Shown here one piece after another: positions 11,710-23,600 of a stretch of DNA of 64,000 bases. The first letter of the stretch is position 1, and each line of letters starts with the position of its first letter. The position numbers and the translations under genes are program-made. Source of the stretch: Klebsormidium nitens (Eukaryota; Plantae; Klebsormidiophyceae); assembly GCA_000708835.1 (NCBI GenBank), contig DF237154.1, positions 79,753-143,752 of the forward strand, read 5' to 3'. Under the pieces are notes generated by a model, which saw only the letters and a list, made by a program, of their open reading frames with translations, made no database searches and had not been told where the DNA came from.

Positions 11710-14700
11710 ATGCTCACCCTAGCAGACATTCATAAGGCCAGGATTGTCGGCGATGGCGAAGAGATTGTCCTTCTTGGACATGTGAGTGGGCCTGTTCACT
11801 GCTTACAACTACACAGCTTTTATCCACAAAATCCAGAATTGGTCGAATTTTTCGCAGATACTGAATGTAAGTTGGTGATAGTCAAAGCTAAAGCGAAATA
11901 TTGTGGAAGTGGAGGAACTATTGCCATCCCAGAGGTTCCTGAGCTGTCAGCCAGAGTTTTTATTGCACCGTAGCTTGTTTGTTTTAAGCTTTCTTGCAGA
12001 TCCTGTGGCAGCTCCTCCTACTGCGACTCTATCTCGCTTGTGGGTACTGAAGGCGCAATTGTGGGTCTTAAGCAGATGCTGGGAGACTTGAACAATCCTG
12101 AGTCGCACGCAGTACAGGGTTTGAGCTCAATTTGTAGAGGAGGCGCCTCAAACGCTGATGGAGCTTCTTTATTGATCTTTCCGGACACCCTCAGCAGTTC
12201 CAAGCATTGAGCTTCTCATCTGGTTGAATGTTGTGGTTCATATGAGACGATATTTTCGCTTTCATTGGGGCAGTAAGTTTATCCTCTTGGCCACTCCGTG
12301 TGAGCTCATCTTTCCGGAGTGGATTTCCTTGACATCTCCAGGTCTTCCACACGTTCCGCTGTATCCCATTGGCAGAGACATATAACTCCTATTAATATGT
12401 GTGCCCTCATTTAAAAAATAATAACGTGACAGTAAAGTACGCAATGCCAGTCACTTCACTCTGCCCAATTAACGCCTTGTTCCGCCTGGGTGCTTTCTTT
12501 CTGGCTTTTGTGTTTCCCTGCAGGAACCTAGGCAACACGGCGTGGAGATTCGAAAGAAATTGCAAGAAATGCGACAATTTCACCTTTCATCTGTCTCGCC
12601 TTTCCTTCTTGAATCTGATTTTGACAAGCCCCCATTTCACAGGGCTTTGGCACAGACCAGACCGTGTGGCACAATCTGGAGCCCCTCCTGCTACGGCGTC
12701 GCTTCCGAGTCATGCTCTACAACCTGATGGGCCAGGGGACAGGTGTCCCCACCGGCTTCTCCAGCACATCTCTCGGCCACTCAGCAAACTCGAGGGTTTC
12801 GGTGGACAGCAATGGCTCGGACAGCCCCAAAGCGACGGGCAAGAAAGCCACCGCAATCGAGCGCGCGACCTCGGACGTGGCGAACGAGGAGTTTGAGCGG
12901 GAGCTCAAGGCGTTGCAGCTGTCGCAGCACGGTGGGGCCGGCGAGAGCCGACGGGGGATGTTTGGGAGGAAGATCAACGAGTCGTTCAGCCGGCTGTTCA
13001 CACGGAGCAAAAAGAAGAGCAAGGCCGGGGAAACGGCGGTGAGCGAGAAAACGCATGAGGAGGAACCGGTCGAGTTGCACCCGGAGGAGAGCGCCAACGG
13101 GGCAGCGTCCAAAGATCCGGAGTTCTCAGGGAGGCGGGATTTCAAGATTGAGGATCTTGACAGGGAGGGAGACGAGCGGCCTGAGCGGATAGACGAGGAG
13201 GAAACGGAAGGGATCGTGTCGGCCGAGGACTTCAACCATTCTCGGTACACCACACTGGACGCGTTTGCGGAGGACTTGATTAATCTTATGGACGAGATGG
13301 GGGTGAAGCAGTGCATCTATGTGGGGCACTCGGTGTCGGGCATGATTGGGCTGGTGGCGAGTGTCAGGCGGCCGGACCTATTCAAGAAGCTCGTGCTGCT
13401 GACGAGCTCCCCGAGGCAAGCCTCCAAGTTGTCCCCTTTGTTTCCATTATCAAAACTCACTAACGTGCTGAGCTGAGCTTGTATGGTTCGTCTTATCCTT
13501 CCTCTTGCTATCACTTGTCAAGGACCAGCAATGGGCGACTCGCTTTCAAGGAGTCTCTTGGGCTTGTCTCTGGTGTAGAGTATGAGGTAAGTGACAAAAG
13601 AGGTGTCATGCATGCAAGATCTGAGGAGAGGTCTTGGTCTTGGGCAGTTCGGAACGTCCTTCATTGTTTGATTGTACTGGACTTCTATAATTCTGAGGAG
13701 CAAGGTGCAAGACAGTGGATGGTCTTCTTCCCCCTACTCTGAGACTCGCAGCATGGTTCTTGTTGCGTCTTCTCTTTACTTACTTGTGAAATAGCTTGCA
13801 AGTGCTTGTATTCGACTTGATAAAAATCATTGACTCTGCATTGGGTGATGGTGCCAGCCCGTGTTGATTGATTGACTTGCTGCTCTTCTGGTTGAGCCAC
13901 CCGAATCTACTTTTCCAAAGATTGCTTAGCTACTTCCAAGGTACTGAGGTTGATTTCAAGTGCTTACTGACATACAGATTCGATGAGTGCTTCTTTGATT
14001 CATTGAAGTATTGCAGCTGCTGCGAGCTGGCAATCAGAAGACAGCACTAGTCTAAGGGTCAAAGTAAGGAATGTTATCCCCTTAAGAATCAAAGTCGCTG
14101 GCTGCCTTGAAAAGAGCAATTGTCTTGTGTCTTACTCTCTGCTTTACACTACAGTCACTGCAGCCGCTGTCTCCAGTGTGCATGAGTGTTGAGAGAGCTC
14201 CACAACTCGTTCTCTGTTCCCTGTCAAACCTCCTCTCATAAGCAGTCCCGCTCGGGAGAAGGTTCGCGTCCCCTTGATCTTGAGGTCCGCGCCCCCATTG
14301 TCTTTGCAATTTGTTTGTAACAAAACTTGCTTACGAATCTGGCTGGGGTCCCTCCTTTCCATGGTTCACGTATGGCTCACGTATGTGCACCTGCGCTGAG
14401 AAGTGTCCTTGTACTCTTCCTCCTCACGAGCGGCTACGGTTGTCATCTCCTTCCTCTTCTTAGCCGCCTCAGCTTCGACCTGTGGGTCCCGCTGTCTGCA
14501 GCCGTCGTTTTCCACTGCTTTTGCGTGTCTGTCGTGTCATCTTTGTGGCCTTGTCATTTGTTGTCCCGGGAGAAACACCCTTCTTCATCGTCCCTTAAAG
14601 TATTGCCAATTGTTTCCTTGTAGTGCAAGGGCGTGAGCCAGCTAGCCCTTCTTCCTTTTTCGCAGTGACACCTCTTTTTTTTCTCCAGGGTAAAGCTCAA

Positions 14701-15917
14701 CCTCCTCTCCTTCTCTTCTAGTTGAGCGCCGATACTAACCCAGTCTTTCTCTTGATTTCGTGCTAACCCTACTTTCATTCTCCATCCGCAGATATCTCAA
14801 CGACGGCGACTACGTGGGTGGATTCCAGGACGAGGACATCGATAACCTGCTGGCGTCGATCAAGACCAACTACAAGGCGTGGGTCCAGGGTTTTGCACCG
14901 GTGGCCATTCACACTCCCGACAACGAGGCGGTGGCGGATTACGCGGCGGGGCTACTGGACGTGCGGCCCGATGTGGCGTACTGCATACTGAGTACCATCT
15001 TCCGGTCGGACTACCGGCACCTCCTGCCCGAGGTGAGGCCACTTGCGCATATGCTGCTTATCTTCTCAGGCCTTTGCTTGTCTTACCTTGCATGGTCTGC
15101 TGTTGCCGTTCAAAGGGACTCGTCGGTGGGAGCAGAGGACTATTCTAACGCGGGCAGAAAAGGTGGGGAGCGAAGGGGATGGGAAGAGTGCAGAAGAAGA
15201 GAGAACTGGCGGAGGCTACGCATTCTCTTATTGGCCGGGTTGTCGAATTGTAGCTCAATGAGCTATCTCGTTGCTATAGCATAGAGAGCCAAGCCAACCT
15301 ACGTAATTGATGCGTTGGCCGTATTCGTTCCATGTTATACTTCCACTTCTGCTTTGAACGTGGAGTCGTCAGTGTCAGCGGTCTGCTTTTTGAGGAGGTC
15401 GTGTGCGTCTTGGCATGCCTTAGCTGGTTTTCATCGACACTCTGGAGCTCTTGGCTGGGATTCGCTTGCGCTTGCAAGGGCCCTCCGAAAGTCGAAGGAA
15501 GCGTCCAGAAGCTTGAGAACCTCCAATAGACGCTCTCGATGGGATTCAGCTTCTAGGTTTCTTGCTGGTGCTGGCACGTACATCCTGTTGATAGCGCGGC
15601 CATTGTTAGACTGACCCTCTTCATCCTGGTCGCTGTCAATAGATCGACATTCAAGTCGTCTTGCTTTGCCTGTGGACAAACAGGAGGGAACCCTGTGCTA
15701 AGCAGCGGGTCTTGCCCATGTGTAGGTGTCGGTACCGTGCCACGTGTTGGTGAGCAACAACGACGTGGCGGTCCCGCTCGGTGTGGGCGAATACATGCAC
15801 AAGCACCTGCCCAACAGCGCTCTGGAGGTCCTGTCTACCCACGGGCATCTGCCGCACCTGAGCTCCCCCATGCTTGTGAACGCGGCCCTCATCAAGCATA
15901 TCGAGCAATTACCTTAG
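11710..15917 (+). CDS. KAI2: KAI2/D14/RsbQ-family alpha/beta-hydrolase, 425 aa including a ~158-aa insertion. Exons 11710-11781, 12643-13415, 14792-15032, 15726-15917.
   Basis: Spliced product reads MLTLADIHKARIVGDGEEIVLLGH-GFGTDQTVW...YNLMGQGT [insert] FNHSRYTTLDAF...GHSVSGM (Ser)...SPR-YLND.DY.GGF...NYKAWVQGFAP...RPD..TIF.SD.R...PCH...NDVAVP (Asp)...GHLPHLSSP (His). Exon sum is 1278 nt, in frame. Orthology to KAI2 proper versus a sister clade is not established. Confidence 0.9.
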
Positions 15918-17650
15918 GAGGGCGCACAGTCTGTTGAGCTCGACGGTCAAGCCCCGACAGCTACTCCAGAGCAGTTTTGCATCCAAAGTGCTGCCAGAAA
16001 TGGCCGTGCATGCTGTACGAGGCCGTTGAATGGACAGGTCTTTGGCCATGGAGTTCTTACTAAATTGATAGCTTGACATCAAGCAGCGAAGGCACTAAAA
16101 TTGCGGGAGATTGTGAGCTGTCAGTATACCCTGCTGTAATCGCTGAATGGAAGGAAGCGTTTGAGTATTTGTAAGCTATAGGTCGCGGTTTCCAATAATG
16201 TTGTTGAGGGATGTACTAACGTCTAGACTTGTCAGTCTCAGGAATAGGCATGATCTACCTGCGAGCGAGCGCCGCAAGACCCATTAGCCAACCATTAGAA
16301 CGAAAACAGTTTGAAACCGCTAAAAAGCAGTAAGTTCTGAATAGTTGAGACGACGATGGCCGGCATCCACACACAGACACGTAGACAGTGTGACTATTTA
16401 TCCATTATTATGAAGCCGCTGGACCGGCATATAAAATTGTTTGTTAGTTTATTTGACTGTGCATTTGCAAAGTATGAGGACATTGCACTCGAAGACTCAC
16501 ACGGCCGGCGCTTGTTGCTTTTGTATGAGAACTGATGAGCCGCGTGTGCTTAACTAGTTACTAGTTGCCGAATTGGCATGGCGCGCCCCATGGAATGATT
16601 GTAGCAAAGTCGCGAGACCGTCTTGAAATTTCTGCACTTGATTCATATCAAGTTCGGATCGATTTCCATGGATATTTTCAGAAGCGTTGCATGTATACCA
16701 AGCTAAAATGTGTACATATGTGGCTAGCTGTCCGCGATCCGATGATCAGGTCAGATTTCATATTTGGTGCGCGCACATGGCCAGACGCTTGGGTCGGTGC
16801 ACGACCGTTTTCTTATAATCCATGCTATCGACTCGAATGCGTGTTTTGCAAAAGCGGCAGCGCGCCCGGTGCTGTGCTGCATGCACGCAACTCGCTCATC
16901 ATGAGGGTCGGACTGCGGCCCTCCCACTAGAGACGACGAGCATAGCACACCATCTTCAAGATATGTACCTAGGTCGTCTGAACAACTGGCCCATCCTCAC
17001 TACGCGCTTTATTGGTCAACTGTGTGTTTGGCAGAGGATAGAAATGCAGTGAGAATGTTTGCCACCTATATGTACATTGCCTGCTCTTTGTTCCTTGGTT
17101 CAACTGTCGGTAAGTACGTTCGAGTCTTCTTTCGTATGTAAGTAGCATTCTGTACTGTTCGATCTACTATGTAGTCGCTGCACATTTAAGGATCTCGTTG
17201 AGTTTCTTTCCTTGAATGACTGACGGCACGTAATGCTGTGTGTTTGAATGTTGCTGTCTTCTGCGTGCAATGTGTCAGGAGCTGTGTCTGCACCGAAATG
17301 GATCCGTGAACTGCATCTGATCCTTGATGATGCACCCCGTGACGTCCTACTTTTGACTATGCTATTGGGGGATCCCCCTTGGAAAGATTGCGGTGTTACC
17401 TTGACTACCTGCGATGCAATACCTGAGCGGATCGATGCACATGTGACGACCAATCAAGTGCCAACCCCTACTATGTCAATCCCCACCCTTGACTAAATAC
17501 ACCCACCATTCTTCGTTACCGCATTGCTAAACAACCTTCCTTGGAGAGTCAGCCACGTTGAAATTGCCTTCTAGCTTTCTCATCGTAAGCATTAAATGGA
17601 CTCCGCCTCATGACCTCAACTCGAGATTTCAACGATGGGCATCAGTGACG

Positions 17651-20600
17651 TCACGATGGCATCGAGCGTGGTTTCGGCGGGCAGCCCCCCATCTCGAGAT
17701 CCGCCATTTCGGAGATCGCTGGTGCCCCCGGTTCGCTTCGTCGTTGCCGGCTTAGCAGCTTTTCGTCCAGGGAACTCTTCCGCAATTTGCGGACCATGTC
17801 CCGGGGGCTGACCCGGCTTCTCGGCGGGCCCGGCGACTGCGAGCGGCGGGTGCGGGTCGCCTCCTTCTGGAGGAGCGCGGTCGGGGTAAGCAGCGCAACC
17901 GGCGACACGAGCGCGGCCGCCTCCGCCTGGTCCAGGCGCGCGCGTGCCATTTCTTTGATCATCGAGTGCAGCTTCTCCGCGTTCAGGGGCTTACTGGAGG
18001 GGGGTGGAAGCGAACAGCCGTTGGATCTCTTTTCTCGAAGGGACGTTTGTAAACGAAGCCGTCAGCCTTTCAACCCTGTTCGTAAGTTGTGCAGCTTGCG
18101 ATTGGATGACAAAACACATCAGATCGGCGCTTCCATCACACAAGATCCAAGTTGCGTTACATAAAGCGTCCCTTTCATTTGAATTGGAGCCCGGGTTCTC
18201 TAACCCCTCGTTTGAGGCCCCTTGTGTGTTGCATTCTTCCGTGGCAGAGAGGCTCTCTTGTGGCACAGCAGGGTGACGTAAGCCCATCTTGACCTCCTCC
18301 GGCTGTGGCTTACCACTCTCGTGGCCATTACATACCGCTGTCTAGAGAAACCCCTTTTCAACCACAAGTCTTGACAGCTCGGCCCCCTCAATTCCTGACA
18401 CCCTCGCACCCACCTGATGTAGGCGTCCATCCCCAGCGCGAGGCAGCGCTCCGCGTCGCCGGACATGGCGTGTGCCGTCATGGCCACGATCGGCGTCGGC
18501 CGGCGCTGCAGTCGCAGCTCCCACGCACGGATGGCGGCGGTCGCGGCAAACCCGTCCATGACCGGCATTTGGACCTGGGGGTTAAGCGAACCGATTAAGC
18601 CATTTGTATTTGGGCCAGAAGCAAGAACGAAAAACAAAGTCCAACCGGAGAAGTAACAGGACGAGTACCTTTCAATGAAAGACTGACGTGATTCACTAAT
18701 CCCAACCGACCGGGTTCCGAGCAGCACATCTGACGGGGAGAGAAAGCGAGACTGTGAATGCAGGCCGGATTAGCTACCAGCGAGGAAATCGATCCGACGG
18801 CTTACGTCCATGAGAATGAGATCGAACGGCTCCTTTTCGACCATATCGACGGCTTCCCGCCCATTTCCCGCCAGCTTCAACGTATGGCCCCACTTCGTAA
18901 GTAGCGCGGTCGCCACTTTCTGGTTCACCGCATTGTCTTCGGTGACCAACACGTGCAGGCTGCCCCGCAAGGGGGATCCCCGGGGCGCTTTTCGCGCCGG
19001 GGGGGTGAGCCCCGTGGAACCGGTTTGCCCGATCGCGGCGTGCACCGCGCGCAACAAGCTGTCCTCTTTGATGGGCTTCGCGCAGTGGCCCTGCGCGAGC
19101 GGCGTTAGAAAGCTTCAAACAGCCAGGACAAAGGAGTCTCGCTTCTGCTTTCTTTTCCATCAGCAGTTTGCATTCTCTCGACTGTACGCTTGACAGGCTA
19201 AGATTGTGCGCGAGCGAAGTGCCCACCTGCACCTGCAGCTCGCGCATCCTTTCCGCGTGCTCGGCGGCGGACAGCGCTAAGGTCAGCGCCACGACCGCCG
19301 TCTTCGCCAACAACACCGGCGCCTTCTCCCTGACGTCAGCAACCATGTCGAGGCCCCCCATCCCAGGCATGCAGACGTCAGCCAGCACAAGCCGGAAGGC
19401 CCTCCCCCCTTTGGCGGCGGAGTGTAACGCTTCTATGCCGGCGGGGCCGGACGTTACGACCGTGGGTGACATGCCCCAGGATGCGGTCATACCGCCCAAG
19501 ATGCGACCGCTCGTGACGTTGTCGTCCACGATCAAAACCGGCAGTTTCTGCGGGGATAGATTTCCTGAATCAGTAATTGACGTACTCAAATCCGCGTTGC
19601 AACCACAGCTCTTGTGCTGTCCAAACATATAGGCGGAAGTCTGGTCTAGCTCTTACATTGGTCATGTGCGGTTTTCTGTGCTCTGGGTCTTCGGGCCAGC
19701 AGTCTTCAGAATGTTTCTCCTTCCAATCTGACCCTTTCTGTAGATGGGAGCGGTTATAGATTTGATAAAGCTTGCAAATTTCGGATCTGACTGAGTACAG
19801 CTAGCTGCGTGATCTTCCCATCTCGCACAAAGCCACCGAGATAGGAGGCTGTTTGCTGTTTCCAGCTCACACCACGGTTTCTCGCACCTTACCTCTCTTC
19901 TGAAAGACAAAAGCTAACAGTTACAGAGTGTCCTGGACGCTCAACTTCGAACTTCGAGTTCAACCTCAAATCTGAAACCTCAGAATTTCGTTGCAGATCG
20001 CCGACTCGATCCTCTCGGAAGGATTTTTTCAGACCTCCCACCTCAGCGTTCTAAGATTCAACAAAAAAGAGTCAATCACTGCAGGTATGAAGCCGACCGA
20101 CATTCAGCGACTTCTGCGCGCGCGCGCACCTGGAGCGCCTCGAGCATTGCCGCGGATCGCTTAGCTGGCGGCGTATCGCTGAGCTGGAAGACGGCGGTGA
20201 ACAGAAAGTTGCTGCCCTGCCCCTCGTGCGATTCCACCCACATGGACCCCGCCATTGAGGCGGCCAGCTTGGCGCTGATAACTAGACCGAGCCCGGTTCC
20301 GCCGTACACGCGGGTGGTGGACGAGTCCACCTGGGAGAACGGACGGAACAGCAGCGACTGCTTCTCCAGCGGAATGCCAATGCCTGGACGGAAAGAAAAG
20401 GGGCGCGTTCAAACATAAATCAAGTCACAGAGAATAGGTAAGATCTGGATGAGCGGAAGCCCTCGAGGGCTTGGGGCGCCTGTACACATTGAGCCGTTTC
20501 AACTTACGCCGTGTAGTTTGAAATGCTCTAGCAGATGTCGTAAGAAGCCTTTCCAGCCTGTTGTTGAACATGAAACAAACCCACAGTGCGACAAGCTCTT

Positions 20601-23600
20601 CGGGAAGAGTTCTCTTTGAGACCGTACAAAGTGATCAACTTTATCTTGCATCGACTGTCTCCGAGCCGAATGGAAAACTGTGAGACCTGAACTGCCCACC
20701 ATGCTTTTGCTAGGCATCCCTGGCGAAGCTTTCAGGAAACAACGCGTAAGACTTTCATCCGAGATGACAACGGACGTTTTCAACATTTTTGTCGCTCTTC
20801 ATGAAGCGAAAAGCATGTTTCTAAAAGTACTGATCGTGGGCGCGCGCACCTGTGTCTTTGACGGAAAACTTGAGGCCGATCTGTTGCCCGTCTCCGGAGA
20901 TACTATCCAAGATAATGCTCACGAGCACCTCGCCGTGGTCCACGCCAGGGGCCGGGGTGAACTTGATCGCGTTGCCTGTTCATGAATAAGGTGTTATATC
21001 ATTGCCTTTTCCCTTCATCCAAGGTCAAACCCGTATGATCGGATTCTATTCCCCGACCAGACCTTAGACTGTATTGCATCGGGGCCTCGAAAAAGGGTGT
21101 TGTCTGCTTAGACGCATAAGTCATCTTACGTGAGACACCTGTCCGACCTTCTGGACACTCACAGACAAGACCAAGATCCGAAACAGCCGCCACGTGTCGG
21201 CTTAACGACCGGGTCGAATTGACAAACTACTCAAAGGTCTACCGATGACATGTCCTAAAACAGCCGCCCCGGGTCGCCCACAAGAACCGGTTGACGAGAT
21301 AACCCCACTCACCGATCAGGTTGACGAGGATCTGAAAGAGCCGCCCCGGGTCGCCCATGAGGTTGTCCGGCACGTCTGGCGGCACGTCGACGATGATCTC
21401 CACGTTGCGCCGGCACGCGCGCACAGCCAGCACGGTGGTCGCCGCCTCTAGTTGGTCGCGCAGGCTGAAGCCGACGCGCTCCAGCTCCAGCTTCTCCGCC
21501 TCGATCTTGCTGAAGTCAAGGATGTCCTGCGGAACGGCGGAATGGCGGACGGAGTGGTTTGGAGTGATAAAACATCTCGAAGTTTTGGTGCTCCTTCAAA
21601 GAAAAGTTACAAAACTCGAAGTTCATTCATGCAAGGTGGGGGACGTGTTGAAGGGTGAAACGGATTTCTGAAACAAGCAGATTGCTGCTATTTTACAACA
21701 GTTTCTGAAGGCCTTGTGAAAAAGCTGAACGTCGATGGGGACGTGTGCTTCTATTACAGATTATTTAGTTCAAGTGGCTTGCATCTCGGAGGATGATGCA
21801 AACGAGAGCGAACAAAAAACCAAGGTCTCCTCTCAACAATTTGACGAGCCAATTACCATTTTTAATGTAATTATCTAATTCTATTGAGCATCTCTAAACC
21901 GTCGTTGACCACATCGTTTGGAAAATTGATGCAACCCCAACAGGTGCTCTTCTGTTGAAGACCAGCGCTGGTCGTAACATGGTAAGCAGGTTGCATTGGC
22001 CTTACGTTGATGACGTTGAGAAGGTGCTCCGCGGAGAATTTGACGAGCTCCAGGTACTCTTGCTGCTCCGCGTCGACGTGGGTCTCCAAACACAGCTCTG
22101 AGATGCGAGAGAAACGCCGGCAATCAGGCTGCTGAGCATGCTTTTTGGAAGTAGCTATCCAGTAACAAGCGTCTTGGAACACGCTCCAAGTAAGAACAGC
22201 GCATCTTCTCAGTTTCCAATTCAAAGTTTCTGCCTCCGCCGGCCATGGCAGGAATCTGGTGAGTCCCCAGTCCCCTATACAATCTGACCCGAAACGACGA
22301 AACGCCCGAGGATCAATCCAACATAACAAACATAAAGGCCGCCGGGCATTGCCAACGTCATTCGCCTGAGATGATCTGAAGCCTGGCTGCTCTTTTCCAG
22401 AGGAGAAGAAGGCTTACCGGTGCAATTGATGATCCCATTTAGAGGTGTCTGCAAAACAAGAAGAAGTCTGTCAAATCTTTCTCGAGATCTGGGCTTGCGT
22501 TTTGAAGACCCTCAGAGGAGGATCTTACTTACCACAAACACGCGCTTGTGAAATACGGACACATTTGTCAAAGCGGCCGGACCTCTGTCTTCCTCCTTTG
22601 AATCTATCCCAAAAGGCCGGGCTTGCGGCCCAGTAGCGGCCCGCTCGCGCGCGCGCGCGCGCTCACCCGTATTTCGTGGCTCATGTTGGCGAGGAAGTTG
22701 GACTTGATCTTGTTCGCGGACACGGCCTCGTCTTTCGCATTCACCAGCTCCGCCTGCGCGCTCTGCCGCGACTCGATCTCCGCGGCCAGGTCCGCGTTCG
22801 CCCACATCAGGTCGCGCGTGCGCTCCTCGATCCTGCGCGGAACGACGCCGTCGGTCTAACTTAAAAGAAACAACCAAGCTCGGACTTTGGAGCAGAAAGA
22901 GAGATAACGGAGAGTTGCTTCAATCTTCTTTGGCCTTCGATGCCTGGATGATCAGCATCCAAACCCAAAGAAGCTCTAGTTACTCTTATTTTTCATCACT
23001 TCACCTCTAAAGAGAGACTGTGTGGACAGATGCGGAATTATGTCACTCACACACGTTGTGCAGATTTGAAAGTGCACGTACTGGAGCTGACCCTCTGCAT
23101 TTGTTGCAGCTAGTCTGGAAAGATGAGCAATCTACTTAGCCGATGGTCCCATCAACTCAATGCCAATGCTAACAGCAGGTTTTCTTCTGCAAGATTCAGA
23201 GCGCGCGTGTTCTTACCTGGACTCGAGCGTACTGTACAGCTTAGCCATTTGCTCCGCCATCTCGTTAAACGTGTTCCTCAGGCCCCCGATCTCGTCGTGC
23301 ATCTCCCAGCTCGCGCCCTTAGCGCGCGCGGACAGGTCCCCGTCCGCGAGCGCGCGCGCCACCTTGTCGAGCTTGGTGATGGGCGCCGTGAAAATGCGCG
23401 AGAGGAGGTACGACGCGCAGATCCCGAGCGCGAGCACGCAGGGGACCGTCGCGAGGATGATGGTGCGCATGTGGTGGATCGCGCCGTAGGCCTCGCTCGC
23501 GTCGATCTTAGCAACGATGCCTGCGGGAAAAGGGCAATGAAGTCTGAATACAAGGGCCGCGCCGGCCGAAACTTGCGACCGGAAGCAATAGACTGTAAGC

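Noticed and set aside
12717-13316. Long antisense or alternate-frame ORFs over GC-rich exons (also 19168-19632, 24236-24499, 40396-41229, 42584-42961, 51999-52487)
   Set aside because: Shadow ORFs expected from high GC and codon bias of the real exons; no motifs.
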